From Eubacteriales bacterium (GTDB lineage Bacteria > Bacillota > Clostridia > Oscillospirales > CAG-272), in assembly GCA_045617585.1 (NCBI GenBank), contig JAZLIW010000015.1, positions 689 to 64,688 on the forward strand: 64,000 nt of DNA. The letters run 5' to 3'. Of this stretch, positions 35,507 through 44,479 are shown one piece after another. Under the pieces are notes generated by a model. That model made no database searches. It had not been told where the DNA came from and saw only the letters and a program-made list of their open reading frames with translations. The position numbers and the translations under genes were made by a program. Position 1 is the first letter of the stretch; each line of letters opens with the position of its first letter.

Positions 35507-37900
35507 TCAGCCCGCCTTTTTCTCCTTTTCCCGGACCAGTTCCTCCACGGTGATCATCCCCACCGTCATATCGTCGTGTCCCGCCGTGTCCGCTCCGACG
35601 AGGATCTTGCGGCACATGGTCTCGGGCGTGTCCTCCGCCGTGTAGCGGTACGTCAGAACGTCCGCCAGCGCAAGGCTGTCCTCAAATCCGACCGCGACCC
35701 CGTCGGAGATCATCACGACCGTGTCGCCCGACTCCAGCGAAAAGTCGATCCGCTCGGTATTCAGCTTGCCGGAAATGCCGATCGGCATGGAGCGGGAGGA
35801 GAGCTTGAACAGCCTGCCCTCCCGCAGAACGTAGGACGGCGCCGCGCCGCTCTTGAAAAACGAGGCGTCCCCCGAAAGCAGATCGATGCGGAGCAGGTCC
35901 ACGGTCGCAAAGCACTCGGGCGTCTTGGCGCGCAGGAACTGGGAAAGCATTTCAAGCACGACGGGGAGCGGCGTTCCCGCCTCCAGCATCGTGCGGAGGA
36001 AGGTAACGCACATCCCGGAGGTCAGTGCCGCGTCCTTCCCGCTCCCCATCCCGTCGCTGATCAGAAAATAAAAGTAATCGTCCTTCCCTTCAAAGGCAGC
36101 GGCGGAATCCCCGTTGACCGTCTCCTCCTCCCGGGAAACGCCCGCCGAGGCGCTGGTCACGGTATATTTCCGCTCGGAACGCAGCGTCATCGTCACGAAA
36201 TCACCCGACACGTCAAAATCGGGAAGAGACAGGGCGGTGTGGCAGACGTTCTCCATCGCCGCACGGATCTTTTCCGGCGTTTCTCCGGCGCGGGCAAGGT
36301 CGATCCCGCCCGCGACAACGGTCAGACGGCGTCTGCCGAAGACACTGACCGCCGAGGCGTTCAGCCCGAGGATCGCCGCCGCTTTCCGAATCCTTGCCGC
36401 GAGGCGCGGGTCCGGTTCTTCCTCTTTCGCCTCCGCGGCGTAGGACTCGGTCAGCAGCTTTCCGATCGCGCCGTAATCGAAGGCAAGAAGAGACAACCGG
36501 TCGTTCTTCGCCGCCGTCTCAAGGACCTCCACGAGGGAGAGGCGCAGTTCGCGCACGATCTTCGGTGTCTGGCGGCACCGATCCGCAAGGAACCGCGGCA
36601 CGTCCGCCTCGGTGACCGAGGCGTTTTTATACAGTCTGTCCGCGATGTGGATCATCGCGTCGTGCGTCGCGTCGTGCTCCCTGACCCAGCAGTTCGTGGA
36701 AAGCGGGCAGCGGGAGCAGAATTTGTCGTACGTCCGGTCCACGACCCCGCGGATCTCGTACAGATCCGGGCGCTTCATTTTTTCGCTGAGTTCGGAAAAC
36801 ACGCCGGACACCGTCCGGAACGCCTCCGCGATCGCCTCCGACCGGTCGTTCCGGTCCGCCGCCTTCGTCTTTTCGACCGAGTGCGCGTTCCAGATCTCCT
36901 CCGGCAGTCCCGCATCGCCGGAGAAGGTCAGTTTTTTCTCCGGCGGCGCCCAGGCGGAAAACGGGAGCCGGATCGCGCCCGCCGCCACGGTGTCCGGCAG
37001 AAGGGAGATCAATGCCGAAACGCCGCCCTGCCACAGAAAGAAGACGGACGCGGTCAGCACGCCGATCACGGTCGGGACCCCTTTGCCGATCCTGCGCACC
37101 GCGCCCGCCGTCATCCCGGCAAGACAGAAGGCAGCGCCCGCGACCGGAGACACGGTCAGCCCCGCGAGGATCCCGAAGATCCCGCCGCGCAGGCTTCCCC
37201 CGCCCGCCGACACGGTCAGCGTCAGGAAAAAACCGGTCAACGCAGCAAGATCGAAGCCGAAGACCGCTGTGCCGCGGAAGGATAACACCAGACCGAGCAA
37301 AAACACCGTCTGCCCGAATTCCCGCCGGACCGAAGCCCCGGCGCTCCGGTCGAGAAACGACAGAAAGGCAAACAGGAAAAACGGCGCCGTCCCCATCGCG
37401 ATCAGCAGCCCGAACAGATCGTAATACAGCATCCCATCCCCGATCAGCCTTCCGATGCCGACCGTGAACAGTGCAAGCTCCAGCAGCGCGAGCCTGACCT
37501 GCCACGGTTCCCGGAAGGAGGGTGCAAGTCCGTACAGCTTGTCCCGCAGCCGCTCCGCCGCGCTTTCCTTTTCCCGCTTTTCCCAAAGGACCGGGAGCGC
37601 GAACCGGACGGCGGTCAGGAGCAGCGCCGTCAGCGCGGGCAGAAGCGCATGCCTCCCGGACAGAATTGCGGCGGCGATCACTCCGACCGCCGTGAACGGC
37701 GCCTCCGTCCCGACCGCCGCAAGGAACGCGAACCCCATCGGCGCCGCGCCGTATCCGAGATCGCCGCAGCCGAGGACCGCGCCGGAAAGGAGAAACAGCA
37801 TTCCTCTCCCTGCGTCCCGCACCGCCTTGCTCTCCGCCGCGCCGCGAAGCGCGGCAGCCACCTCGCCCCACCGGTATTCCGCATCCAATTTCTTTTTCAT
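35507..37900 (-). CDS. spoIIE: stage II sporulation protein E (PP2C phosphatase SpoIIE)
   Basis: ORF 35507..37900(-), 797 aa. About 10 N-terminal TM helices, a central regulatory region, and a C-terminal PP2C domain (FYFLISDGMGSGKDAA...VVMISDGV). Confidence 0.9.
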   Translation of the reverse strand: MKKKLDAEYRWGEVAAALRGAAESKAVRDAGRGMLFLLSGAVLGCGDLGYGAAPMGFAFLAAVGTEAPFTAVGVIAAAILSGRHALLPALTALLLTAVRFALPVLWEKREKESAAERLRDKLYGLAPSFREPWQVRLALLELALFTVGIGRLIGDGMLYYDLFGLLIAMGTAPFFLFAFLSFLDRSAGASVRREFGQTVFLLGLVLSFRGTAVFGFDLAALTGFFLTLTVSAGGGSLRGGIFGILAGLTVSPVAGAAFCLAGMTAGAVRRIGKGVPTVIGVLTASVFFLWQGGVSALISLLPDTVAAGAIRLPFSAWAPPEKKLTFSGDAGLPEEIWNAHSVEKTKAADRNDRSEAIAEAFRTVSGVFSELSEKMKRPDLYEIRGVVDRTYDKFCSRCPLSTNCWVREHDATHDAMIHIADRLYKNASVTEADVPRFLADRCRQTPKIVRELRLSLVEVLETAAKNDRLSLLAFDYGAIGKLLTESYAAEAKEEEPDPRLAARIRKAAAILGLNASAVSVFGRRRLTVVAGGIDLARAGETPEKIRAAMENVCHTALSLPDFDVSGDFVTMTLRSERKYTVTSASAGVSREEETVNGDSAAAFEGKDDYFYFLISDGMGSGKDAALTSGMCVTFLRTMLEAGTPLPVVLEMLSQFLRAKTPECFATVDLLRIDLLSGDASFFKSGAAPSYVLREGRLFKLSSRSMPIGISGKLNTERIDFSLESGDTVVMISDGVAVGFEDSLALADVLTYRYTAEDTPETMCRKILVGADTAGHDDMTVGMITVEELVREKEKKAG

Positions 37901-37943
37901 CCCGCGTCCCCTTCTCTCCGGTCCGTTCCGGTCCTTTTTTCCG

Positions 37944-37977
37944 ATTGTAACACGGGAACGGTGCGCCTTGTGTCGAA
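37944..37977 (-). promoter_or_regulatory. spoIIE promoter: Spo0A box TTCGACA-21 nt-TGTTACAAT
   Basis: The minus strand reads TTCGACA (37977..37971; the plus strand reads TGTCGAA), a 21-nt spacer, then TACAAT (37949..37944) preceded by TGT. A second 0A-like box, TGTCGGA, lies at 38067-38073. Confidence 0.6.
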
Positions 37978-38189
37978 ACGCCGCACGCTCCCGCCGGTTT
38001 TCATCGCAGGAACCGCGGAAAAAACAAAAAAAGACCGTCCGGTCGACGGTTATCTCAAATCGGCGGTGTCGGAAAAAACCGGACCGACCCCTTTCAAGGA
38101 CGGCAGCAGAGGATTTTCGGGATCATCAGAAATTTTATGCAAAAAACGGCATTCAACGGCATCCTGTGCTATAATGAAGAAAAAGGAAA

Positions 38190-38236
38190 AGCCCGTCCGA
38201 CCGACGCCGCAAGCGTCGGGAGGACAGGCTTTTTTC
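38190..38236. terminator. long bidirectional terminator hairpin downstream of abrB
   Basis: AGCCCGTCC-GA-CCGACGC-CGCAA-GCGTCGG-GA-GGACAGGCT (38190-38230) followed by T6, with an A/G-rich run 5'. Confidence 0.75.
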
Positions 38237-38339
38237 ATTTGGGCGATCCGGGGCAAAACACCGCGATCCCGATAAATGCCCGGCCGATGCCTTTTCCGCG
38301 GGCGCGGCACGGACGGTCCCGGAAAGCGGCCGGAGCCCG

Positions 38340-38588
38340 TCAATGGACGGAGGAACGGATGCTGTCCACGCACTCCGCGCAGATCAGCTTTCCGCGGAAG
38401 AGCGTCACGCCGTTTGCGTTTCCGCAGAAAACGCAGGCAGGCTCGTATTTTTTCAGCACGATCGCGCCCTCGTCCACGTAGATCTCAAGAGAGTCGTGAT
38501 TGGAGATATCCATTGCTTTCCGGATCTCGATGGGCAGAACGATCCGCCCCAGTTCGTCTATTTTCCGTACCATTCCGGTAGATTTCAT
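38340..38588 (-). CDS. abrB: AbrB/SpoVT family transition-state regulator with a C-terminal CxxC...CxxC tail
   Basis: ORF 38340..38588(-). MKSTGMVRKIDELGRIVLPIEIRKAMDI...LEIYVD...IVLKKY swapped-hairpin domain, then CVFCGN...CAEC. Confidence 0.88.
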   Translation of the reverse strand: MKSTGMVRKIDELGRIVLPIEIRKAMDISNHDSLEIYVDEGAIVLKKYEPACVFCGNANGVTLFRGKLICAECVDSIRSSVH

Positions 38589-38730
38589 ACTGATTCCCTT
38601 TCCACTTCGGCTCGTTTGGTGATATAGATTCCTACGTTTCCAGTGTAGCAGATGATTATTAACTTTTCCATCTTTTTCCGACAGAAAACGGAAAGAACCG
38701 CCGTCACCGCGTAAACAGTTTGTGAACGCG

Positions 38731-40899
38731 TCAGTTCATCGACTCCGCGCGCACCGCGAACAGCGCTCCGACCGCTTCCGCGCGCGCCCGGTTTTCCTCC
38801 CCGTCAAGTCCCGGATCCTCCATCAGCGTCCGTCCCGCTTCCTCCATCGCCTCCCGCAGGAGCCCGATATCATCGCACATCGACATCAGCCCGAGGCGAA
38901 AATCGCCCGACTGCCGCGCCGATCCGTCCCCGCCCGGGAAAAAGTCGCCGGGGCCGCGCAGCTTCAGGTCTTCTTCCGCGATCACGAAGCCGGAATTCGT
39001 CTGCTTCATGATCCCGAGGCGGCGGAGCGCCGTCTCGTTCTTCGCGTCGGAGACGAGGATGCAGTAGGACTTTCTGCTTCCTCTTCCGACCCGCCCGCGC
39101 AGCTGATGGAGCTGGGAAAGCCCGAACTGCTCCGCGTTCTCCACGATCATCAGACAGGCGTTCGGAACGTTGACGCCGACCTCGATCACCGTCGTAGAGA
39201 CGAGGATCTTCGTCTCCCCAGCGGCAAAGCGCTGCATGATCGCGTCTTTTTCCGCCGGCTTCATTTTTCCGTGCAGATACTCCACGGTATATTCCGGAAA
39301 AGTCTCCTTCAGCTCCTGCGCAAAGCGGACCGCGCTCTTTTGCTTCGGCTTTTCCTCACTCCGCGCGGCGTAGGTAAAGAAGTCGATGATCTCCCCGCCC
39401 GACCAGAGCCCGTCGGGATCGTCTTCGTCGTCGGCCGTCTGCGTCTCCTCGACCGCGGGGCAGACGACGTAGACCTGACCGCCCTCGTCGATATTCTTCC
39501 GGATGAAGCCATTCAGCCGTTCTCTGTAACTTTCATCCACCACGAAGGTGCCGACCTTCTGTCTGCCGGGCGGCATGGTGTCGATCAGTGAAACGTCAAG
39601 GTCACCGTACAGCGTCAGCGCGAGGGTGCGCGGGATCGGCGTCGCCGACATGACGAGCAGATGCGGCATCTCCTCCGAGCGCCCGGCAAGCGACGCGCGC
39701 TGTGCCACGCCGAAGCGGTGCTGCTCGTCGGTCACCGCGAGACCGAGCCGCTTCGGGATCACGTCCTCGGTCAGGAGCGCGTGCGTCCCGATCAGGACGT
39801 CCACCTCTCCGGCAAAGAACGCCTCCTTGATCCTCCGCTTCTTCGCCGGGGTCACCGATCCCGTCAGAAGCTCTGTCCGCATCCCGAACGAGGCGAACAG
39901 CGGCGCGAGATCGCCGTAATGCTGGGAGGCTAAGATCCCGGTCGGCGCCATCAGCTCCGCCTGATATCCGTTTTGGACCGTGAGCCAGATCGCCGCCGCC
40001 GCGACCGCGGTCTTGCCGCTGCCGACGTCACCCGAGACCATCCGGGACATGACGACCCCGCCGTTTCCGGTCAGATCGCCCCAGATCTCGTTGATGCAGC
40101 GTTCCTGCGCCCCGGTCAGCGGGAACGGCAGCGCCTGCGTGAAATCCCCGAGCGGGAACGGGCGCATCACGATCCCGGTCTTCTGCCGCCGCTGCTCCCG
40201 GCTCATCGCGATCCCGAGGGAAAAGAGATACAGCGCTTCGGTCATGAAATATTTCTTCCCGAGGTCCGCTTCCTCCGGCGTCTCCGGCCGGTGGATCATC
40301 CGGTACGCCTCCCGGATCTCCGGCAGCCCCTTCTTTTCCCGGAAGGCTGCGGGGATCAGCTCGGGGAGCTCCGCACGCGGCAGCTCGTTCAGCGCAAGCG
40401 CGACCGTATTGGCGACCGTCTTCTGCGTCAGCCCCGCAGAAAGCGGATAGATCGGAACGAACGCCGGCAGTTTTCCGTCCGGACGGACCGGTTCAAACTG
40501 CGGCGAAGTCACCTCGATCTTCGTCCCGTTCCTCCGGAACCCGGCAAAAAAGCGGAACTCCTCCCCGACGTGAAAGACGTCCTTCAGATACGTCTGGTTG
40601 AAGAAGGTCACGGTCGCCTTCCCGGTCTCGTCAAAGATCACGAACTTCGTGAAGGACTTGTGAGAGCGGAGCGCGACCGTCTTCGGCGCGGATCCGACGG
40701 AAGCAATGACGGCACAGATCTCCCCGTCCTGCACGTCGCACAGGTTTTTGACCGCGCCCCGGTTCTGGTAGGCACGCGGAAAATGGCGGAGCAGTTCCCC
40801 GCCGTTCGTTACGCCCAGCTTCTGAAACGCCTGCGCCCGTTTTTCCCCGATCCCGGGGAATAGCCGGATCGGACGCTCCGTCAATCGGATCTCCGTCAT
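38731..40899 (-). CDS. recG: ATP-dependent DNA helicase RecG
   Basis: ORF 38731..40899(-). Motifs GIGEKRAQAFQKLG, wedge domain, GDVGSGKTAVA, DEQHRFGV, MSATPIPRT and QLHQLRGRVGRG. Confidence 0.95.
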   Translation of the reverse strand: MTEIRLTERPIRLFPGIGEKRAQAFQKLGVTNGGELLRHFPRAYQNRGAVKNLCDVQDGEICAVIASVGSAPKTVALRSHKSFTKFVIFDETGKATVTFFNQTYLKDVFHVGEEFRFFAGFRRNGTKIEVTSPQFEPVRPDGKLPAFVPIYPLSAGLTQKTVANTVALALNELPRAELPELIPAAFREKKGLPEIREAYRMIHRPETPEEADLGKKYFMTEALYLFSLGIAMSREQRRQKTGIVMRPFPLGDFTQALPFPLTGAQERCINEIWGDLTGNGGVVMSRMVSGDVGSGKTAVAAAAIWLTVQNGYQAELMAPTGILASQHYGDLAPLFASFGMRTELLTGSVTPAKKRRIKEAFFAGEVDVLIGTHALLTEDVIPKRLGLAVTDEQHRFGVAQRASLAGRSEEMPHLLVMSATPIPRTLALTLYGDLDVSLIDTMPPGRQKVGTFVVDESYRERLNGFIRKNIDEGGQVYVVCPAVEETQTADDEDDPDGLWSGGEIIDFFTYAARSEEKPKQKSAVRFAQELKETFPEYTVEYLHGKMKPAEKDAIMQRFAAGETKILVSTTVIEVGVNVPNACLMIVENAEQFGLSQLHQLRGRVGRGSRKSYCILVSDAKNETALRRLGIMKQTNSGFVIAEEDLKLRGPGDFFPGGDGSARQSGDFRLGLMSMCDDIGLLREAMEEAGRTLMEDPGLDGEENRARAEAVGALFAVRAESMN

Positions 40900-40969
40900 T
40901 TTTTCACCTCCGATGGAGACAGAAAAGGGGTGGTAAACCCGCGCGGCAGGTTCAACACCCCGATTGTCC

Positions 40970-42412
40970 TTAATACGCGATCGCCCAGAGCACCATGTGC
41001 TTTGCGGGCTTGCCGCAGCAGACGCAGGTGTCCGCGTGATGCTTCTGCACGAGCGGAATGCAGCGGGAACCGACGCCGGTCAGTTCCTTGACCTTGTCCT
41101 CGCACGCCTCTTCGCCGCACCACATCGCCTCGACGAAGCCGTCGCCCTTTTCGGCGAGCGCCGTCCTGATCTCGTCGATCGAGGTGCAGACGTAGGTCTT
41201 TGCCGTACGGTTTGCCAGCGCATTTTCGTACATCCCGTCACGGATCTCCGTCATCGCTGCAGCGACCGTTTCCTCAAGAGCGTCGAGGGAGGCCGTGATC
41301 TTTTCGCCGTTATAGCGCTTTGCAAGGACGCACTGCCCCGCTTCAATGTCGCGCGGGCCGATCTCGAGACGGAGCGGAACGCCCTTCATCTCGTATTCGG
41401 AAAACTTCCAGCCGGCGGAGTTGCCGCTGTCGTCCAGCTTGACGCGCCAGCCCGCCTTCTTCAGGCGGTCACGAAGCTCCGCTGCCTTCTCCAGCACGCC
41501 TTCCTTGTGCTGCGCGACCGGAATGATCACGATCTGCGTCGGCGCGACGGCGGGCGGAAGGACCAGACCGTTGTTGTCGCCGTGCGTCATGATGATCGCG
41601 CCGATCAGGCGGGTCGTCATGCCCCACGAGGTCTGATGCGGATAGACCCTCTTGTTGTCCTTGTCGGTGAACTGAATGTCGAACGCTTTTGCGAAGCCGT
41701 CGCCGAAGTAATGGGAGGTTCCCGCCTGCAGCGCCTTGCCGTCGTGCATCAGCGCCTCAATGGCGTAGGTCGCGACCGCGCCCGCAAACTTATCGCTCTC
41801 GGTCTTTCTGCCCTTGACGACCGGGATCGCCAGTTCTTCCTCGCAGAACCTTGCATAGATGTTCAGCATCTGCTCGGTCTCTGCCTGTGCCTCCTCGGGC
41901 GTTGCGTGGAGGGTATGCCCCTCCTGCCACAAAAACTCACGGGAGCGGAGGAAGGGACGGGTCGTCTTTTCCCAACGGACGACGGAGACCCACTGGTTAT
42001 AGAGCTTCGGCAGATCGCGGTAAGAATGTACGACGTTCGCAAAATGCTCGCAGAACAGCGTCTCGGACGTCGGACGGACGCAGAGACGTTCCTCCAGTTT
42101 TTCGTTGCCGCCCATCGTGACCCATGCGACCTCGGGAGCGAAGCCCTCGACATGATCCTTTTCTTTATTCAGAAGGCTCTCGGGAATGAACATCGGCATA
42201 CAGACGTTTTCGTGTCCGGTCTCCTTGAACATCCCGTCAAGGATCCGCTGGATATTTTCCCAGATCGCGTAACCGTAGGGACGGATGACCATGCAGCCCT
42301 TGACCGAGGTGTATTCGATCAGTTCCGCCTTCTTGACGATATCGGTGTACCACTGTGCAAAATCCACGTCCATCGACGTGATATCCTGCACCATTTTCTT
42401 TTCCTGTGCCAT
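40970..42412 (-). CDS. proS: proline--tRNA ligase (archaeal/eukaryote-like short type, 480 aa)
   Basis: ORF 40970..42412(-). Motifs [44 protein letters not shown] and a C-terminal zinc-binding tail ending in Y. Confidence 0.95.
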   Translation of the reverse strand: MAQEKKMVQDITSMDVDFAQWYTDIVKKAELIEYTSVKGCMVIRPYGYAIWENIQRILDGMFKETGHENVCMPMFIPESLLNKEKDHVEGFAPEVAWVTMGGNEKLEERLCVRPTSETLFCEHFANVVHSYRDLPKLYNQWVSVVRWEKTTRPFLRSREFLWQEGHTLHATPEEAQAETEQMLNIYARFCEEELAIPVVKGRKTESDKFAGAVATYAIEALMHDGKALQAGTSHYFGDGFAKAFDIQFTDKDNKRVYPHQTSWGMTTRLIGAIIMTHGDNNGLVLPPAVAPTQIVIIPVAQHKEGVLEKAAELRDRLKKAGWRVKLDDSGNSAGWKFSEYEMKGVPLRLEIGPRDIEAGQCVLAKRYNGEKITASLDALEETVAAAMTEIRDGMYENALANRTAKTYVCTSIDEIRTALAEKGDGFVEAMWCGEEACEDKVKELTGVGSRCIPLVQKHHADTCVCCGKPAKHMVLWAIAY

Positions 42413-42454
42413 AATCGTTTCCTTTCAAAGGTTGATGAAATAGCCGTTCATGAT

Positions 42455-42483
42455 ATTATAATATGGATACGGACAAATGTCAA
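42455..42483 (-). promoter_or_regulatory. consensus sigma-A promoter for proS (TTGACA-17-TATAAT)
   Basis: The minus strand reads TTGACA (42483..42478), a 17-nt spacer, then TATAAT (42460..42455). The leader is only ~40 nt. Confidence 0.8.
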
Positions 42484-42508
42484 GGGAAAAAGTGACGTCG
42501 GGCAGGTT

Positions 42509-44338
42509 TCAGGGAATGGGGACCGTCTCCGGTGCCTTCAGCACCGCGGCGAGGTCCTCTTCGATCGCGACGATCTCCCATCCTTCCTTCAGAAACGCCT
42601 CCAGATCTCCGCCCTTCGAGTATTCGGTATCGTACCGCAGGTCGAGGACGCAGTAATCCGTATCCTGATCGGTCTTCAGCGCGTAGATCTCGTCGCGGTC
42701 GGCGATATGGGCAAGGAAGAAGGTCGAGCAGCGCACCGAGGCGTCGTCCGGGACCGCCTTCAGCACCTCGGCGATCTTCGCGTTGTCCTCCTTCTGGTTC
42801 AGATAGCTGCGGTAGTAGTAGCCCTTCTGCGCGTACGTCGAGGACGCGAAAAACAGAAGCGAAGCGCAGACCACGCAGGGGATGGCGCGCCGTCTGACCT
42901 CCGGCTTCATGTCCGCCAGATTGAGCGCCGTCGCGTAGACGAGGAACGCCCCGGCACCGAACACGTACTGGAAATAGATTGAATGCTGATACTGATAGGA
43001 CGGCATCAGGTTGATCAGGAGGTACGGGCAGACGAGGATCAGCCGCGAGGGCCTGCCCGTCACGAAGGGGAGCGCGCAGAGCGGGACGGCAGTCAGCCCG
43101 ATGAACTCCAGATTTTCCTTCTTGACGATGTTGTTGAACACGAGAAGCGGATTTTTGATCACCGTGACGATGACCTCAAAGAGCCCGCCGCCGCCCGAGA
43201 TATAGTCCTCGTAGCGGTAGGACATCACGCCGAGACCGTACTTATTCAGGTACCACGTCGCACCGAGGAACCACAATACGGAGAGCGCGAGCAGCATCGT
43301 CCCGTGAAGAACGCCCTTCCGGTCCCGCCCGGAAAGCAGAACGTAGAGCGCGAAGAAGGCGACGTAGACCGGCGCGTCCTCCTTGACCGAGCAGGTCAGC
43401 AGCGCGAAGACGTACATCGGGATCGGCTTGTCCGCCTCAAAGAAGAAGAACGTCCAGAGAAGGAAGGGGGCGAGGAACATATTCTCGTGCATATCGTAGA
43501 AGCAGCCGCCCGACATCGCCGGCCACAGCGCGTACACGATCGCCGCACACCCCGCGCCGACCGGAGAGATCCCCTTCTTTTTTGCGATCAGGTAGACCGG
43601 GATCGCGCCGGACGCGATCAGGAACGCCTGCGCGAGCTGCAGCGTGACCGGGGACGGGAAAATCATATAAAACGGGAGGACCAGATAATACGCCGGGGAA
43701 AAATGTACGGCAAAATGTGAAAGCAGCCGGTCGCGCTCCGACGTGATGAGCGGGAGCCCCGTCGTCTTCATGCGGTAGAACATATTGACGAACAGGCCGA
43801 AGTCAAAGTTCGGGGTGACGTAATTCAGATACCGGCAGACCGTCATCGTCCCGACGAACGCCGCGTAGAACAGAGCGGCGGCGGCGGTCAACGTGATCCC
43901 GACCGCTTTTCCGCGCTTTCCGTTCAGCAGCGCCCCGCCCTTTTTCGGCGCGGGGACCGCGGGCACCGTCCAGCAGATCAGGAAGCAGGTCAGTGCCGTC
44001 ATCACGCAGGTGAAGGCAACGTTCACGTTTTTATACACCGCCGCGAGCGACGTGAGGATCGCGACTGCGGTCAGGCAGAAGCGGTCGGGCACGGGATCCG
44101 AGGCAGAGGTGCGGTACGCGCGGTAGAGCGTCGTCAGCAGTGAAAAGATGCCGAAGAACGCGGCGGCGATCAGCAGGAACACGAGGATCGACCGGTCCGC
44201 GAGAAAATCCTTCTTCGTAAACTTGCCGCTTCCTGTCAGAAACATGATCCAGTCCGCGGCGAACCAGCTCGCCGCCGCGCGGGTAATCAGGCGCTCCGCG
44301 CCGTTCTTCGGGGCGGTTTCTTCTTTCATTTCGGGCAT
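42509..44338 (-). CDS. DUF2079 family polytopic membrane protein
   Basis: ORF 42509..44338(-), 609 aa with more than 12 TM helices. Region LSHFAVHFSPAYYLVLPFYMIFPSPVTLQLAQAFLIASGAIPVYLIA recalls the DUF2079 core. Confidence 0.7.
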   Translation of the reverse strand: MPEMKEETAPKNGAERLITRAAASWFAADWIMFLTGSGKFTKKDFLADRSILVFLLIAAAFFGIFSLLTTLYRAYRTSASDPVPDRFCLTAVAILTSLAAVYKNVNVAFTCVMTALTCFLICWTVPAVPAPKKGGALLNGKRGKAVGITLTAAAALFYAAFVGTMTVCRYLNYVTPNFDFGLFVNMFYRMKTTGLPLITSERDRLLSHFAVHFSPAYYLVLPFYMIFPSPVTLQLAQAFLIASGAIPVYLIAKKKGISPVGAGCAAIVYALWPAMSGGCFYDMHENMFLAPFLLWTFFFFEADKPIPMYVFALLTCSVKEDAPVYVAFFALYVLLSGRDRKGVLHGTMLLALSVLWFLGATWYLNKYGLGVMSYRYEDYISGGGGLFEVIVTVIKNPLLVFNNIVKKENLEFIGLTAVPLCALPFVTGRPSRLILVCPYLLINLMPSYQYQHSIYFQYVFGAGAFLVYATALNLADMKPEVRRRAIPCVVCASLLFFASSTYAQKGYYYRSYLNQKEDNAKIAEVLKAVPDDASVRCSTFFLAHIADRDEIYALKTDQDTDYCVLDLRYDTEYSKGGDLEAFLKEGWEIVAIEEDLAAVLKAPETVPIP

Positions 44339-44422
44339 ATCGGATGGTCCCCTTTCAATCGTATCGGAATACCGTTCTCCGGATAATAACGTAAAAATGA
44401 GGAGAACGTTTCGCGGATCGGG

Positions 44423-44471
44423 AAAAAACCTGAAACGGGAAAGGACTGCGGGGATCGGACCGCCGCAGTCC
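44423..44471 (-). terminator. rho-independent terminator after mltG
   Basis: The minus strand reads GGACTGCGG-N11-CCGCAGTCC followed by a T-rich tract (TTTCCCGTTTCAGGTTTTTT). Confidence 0.65.
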
Positions 44472-44479
44472 CGTCAGGG

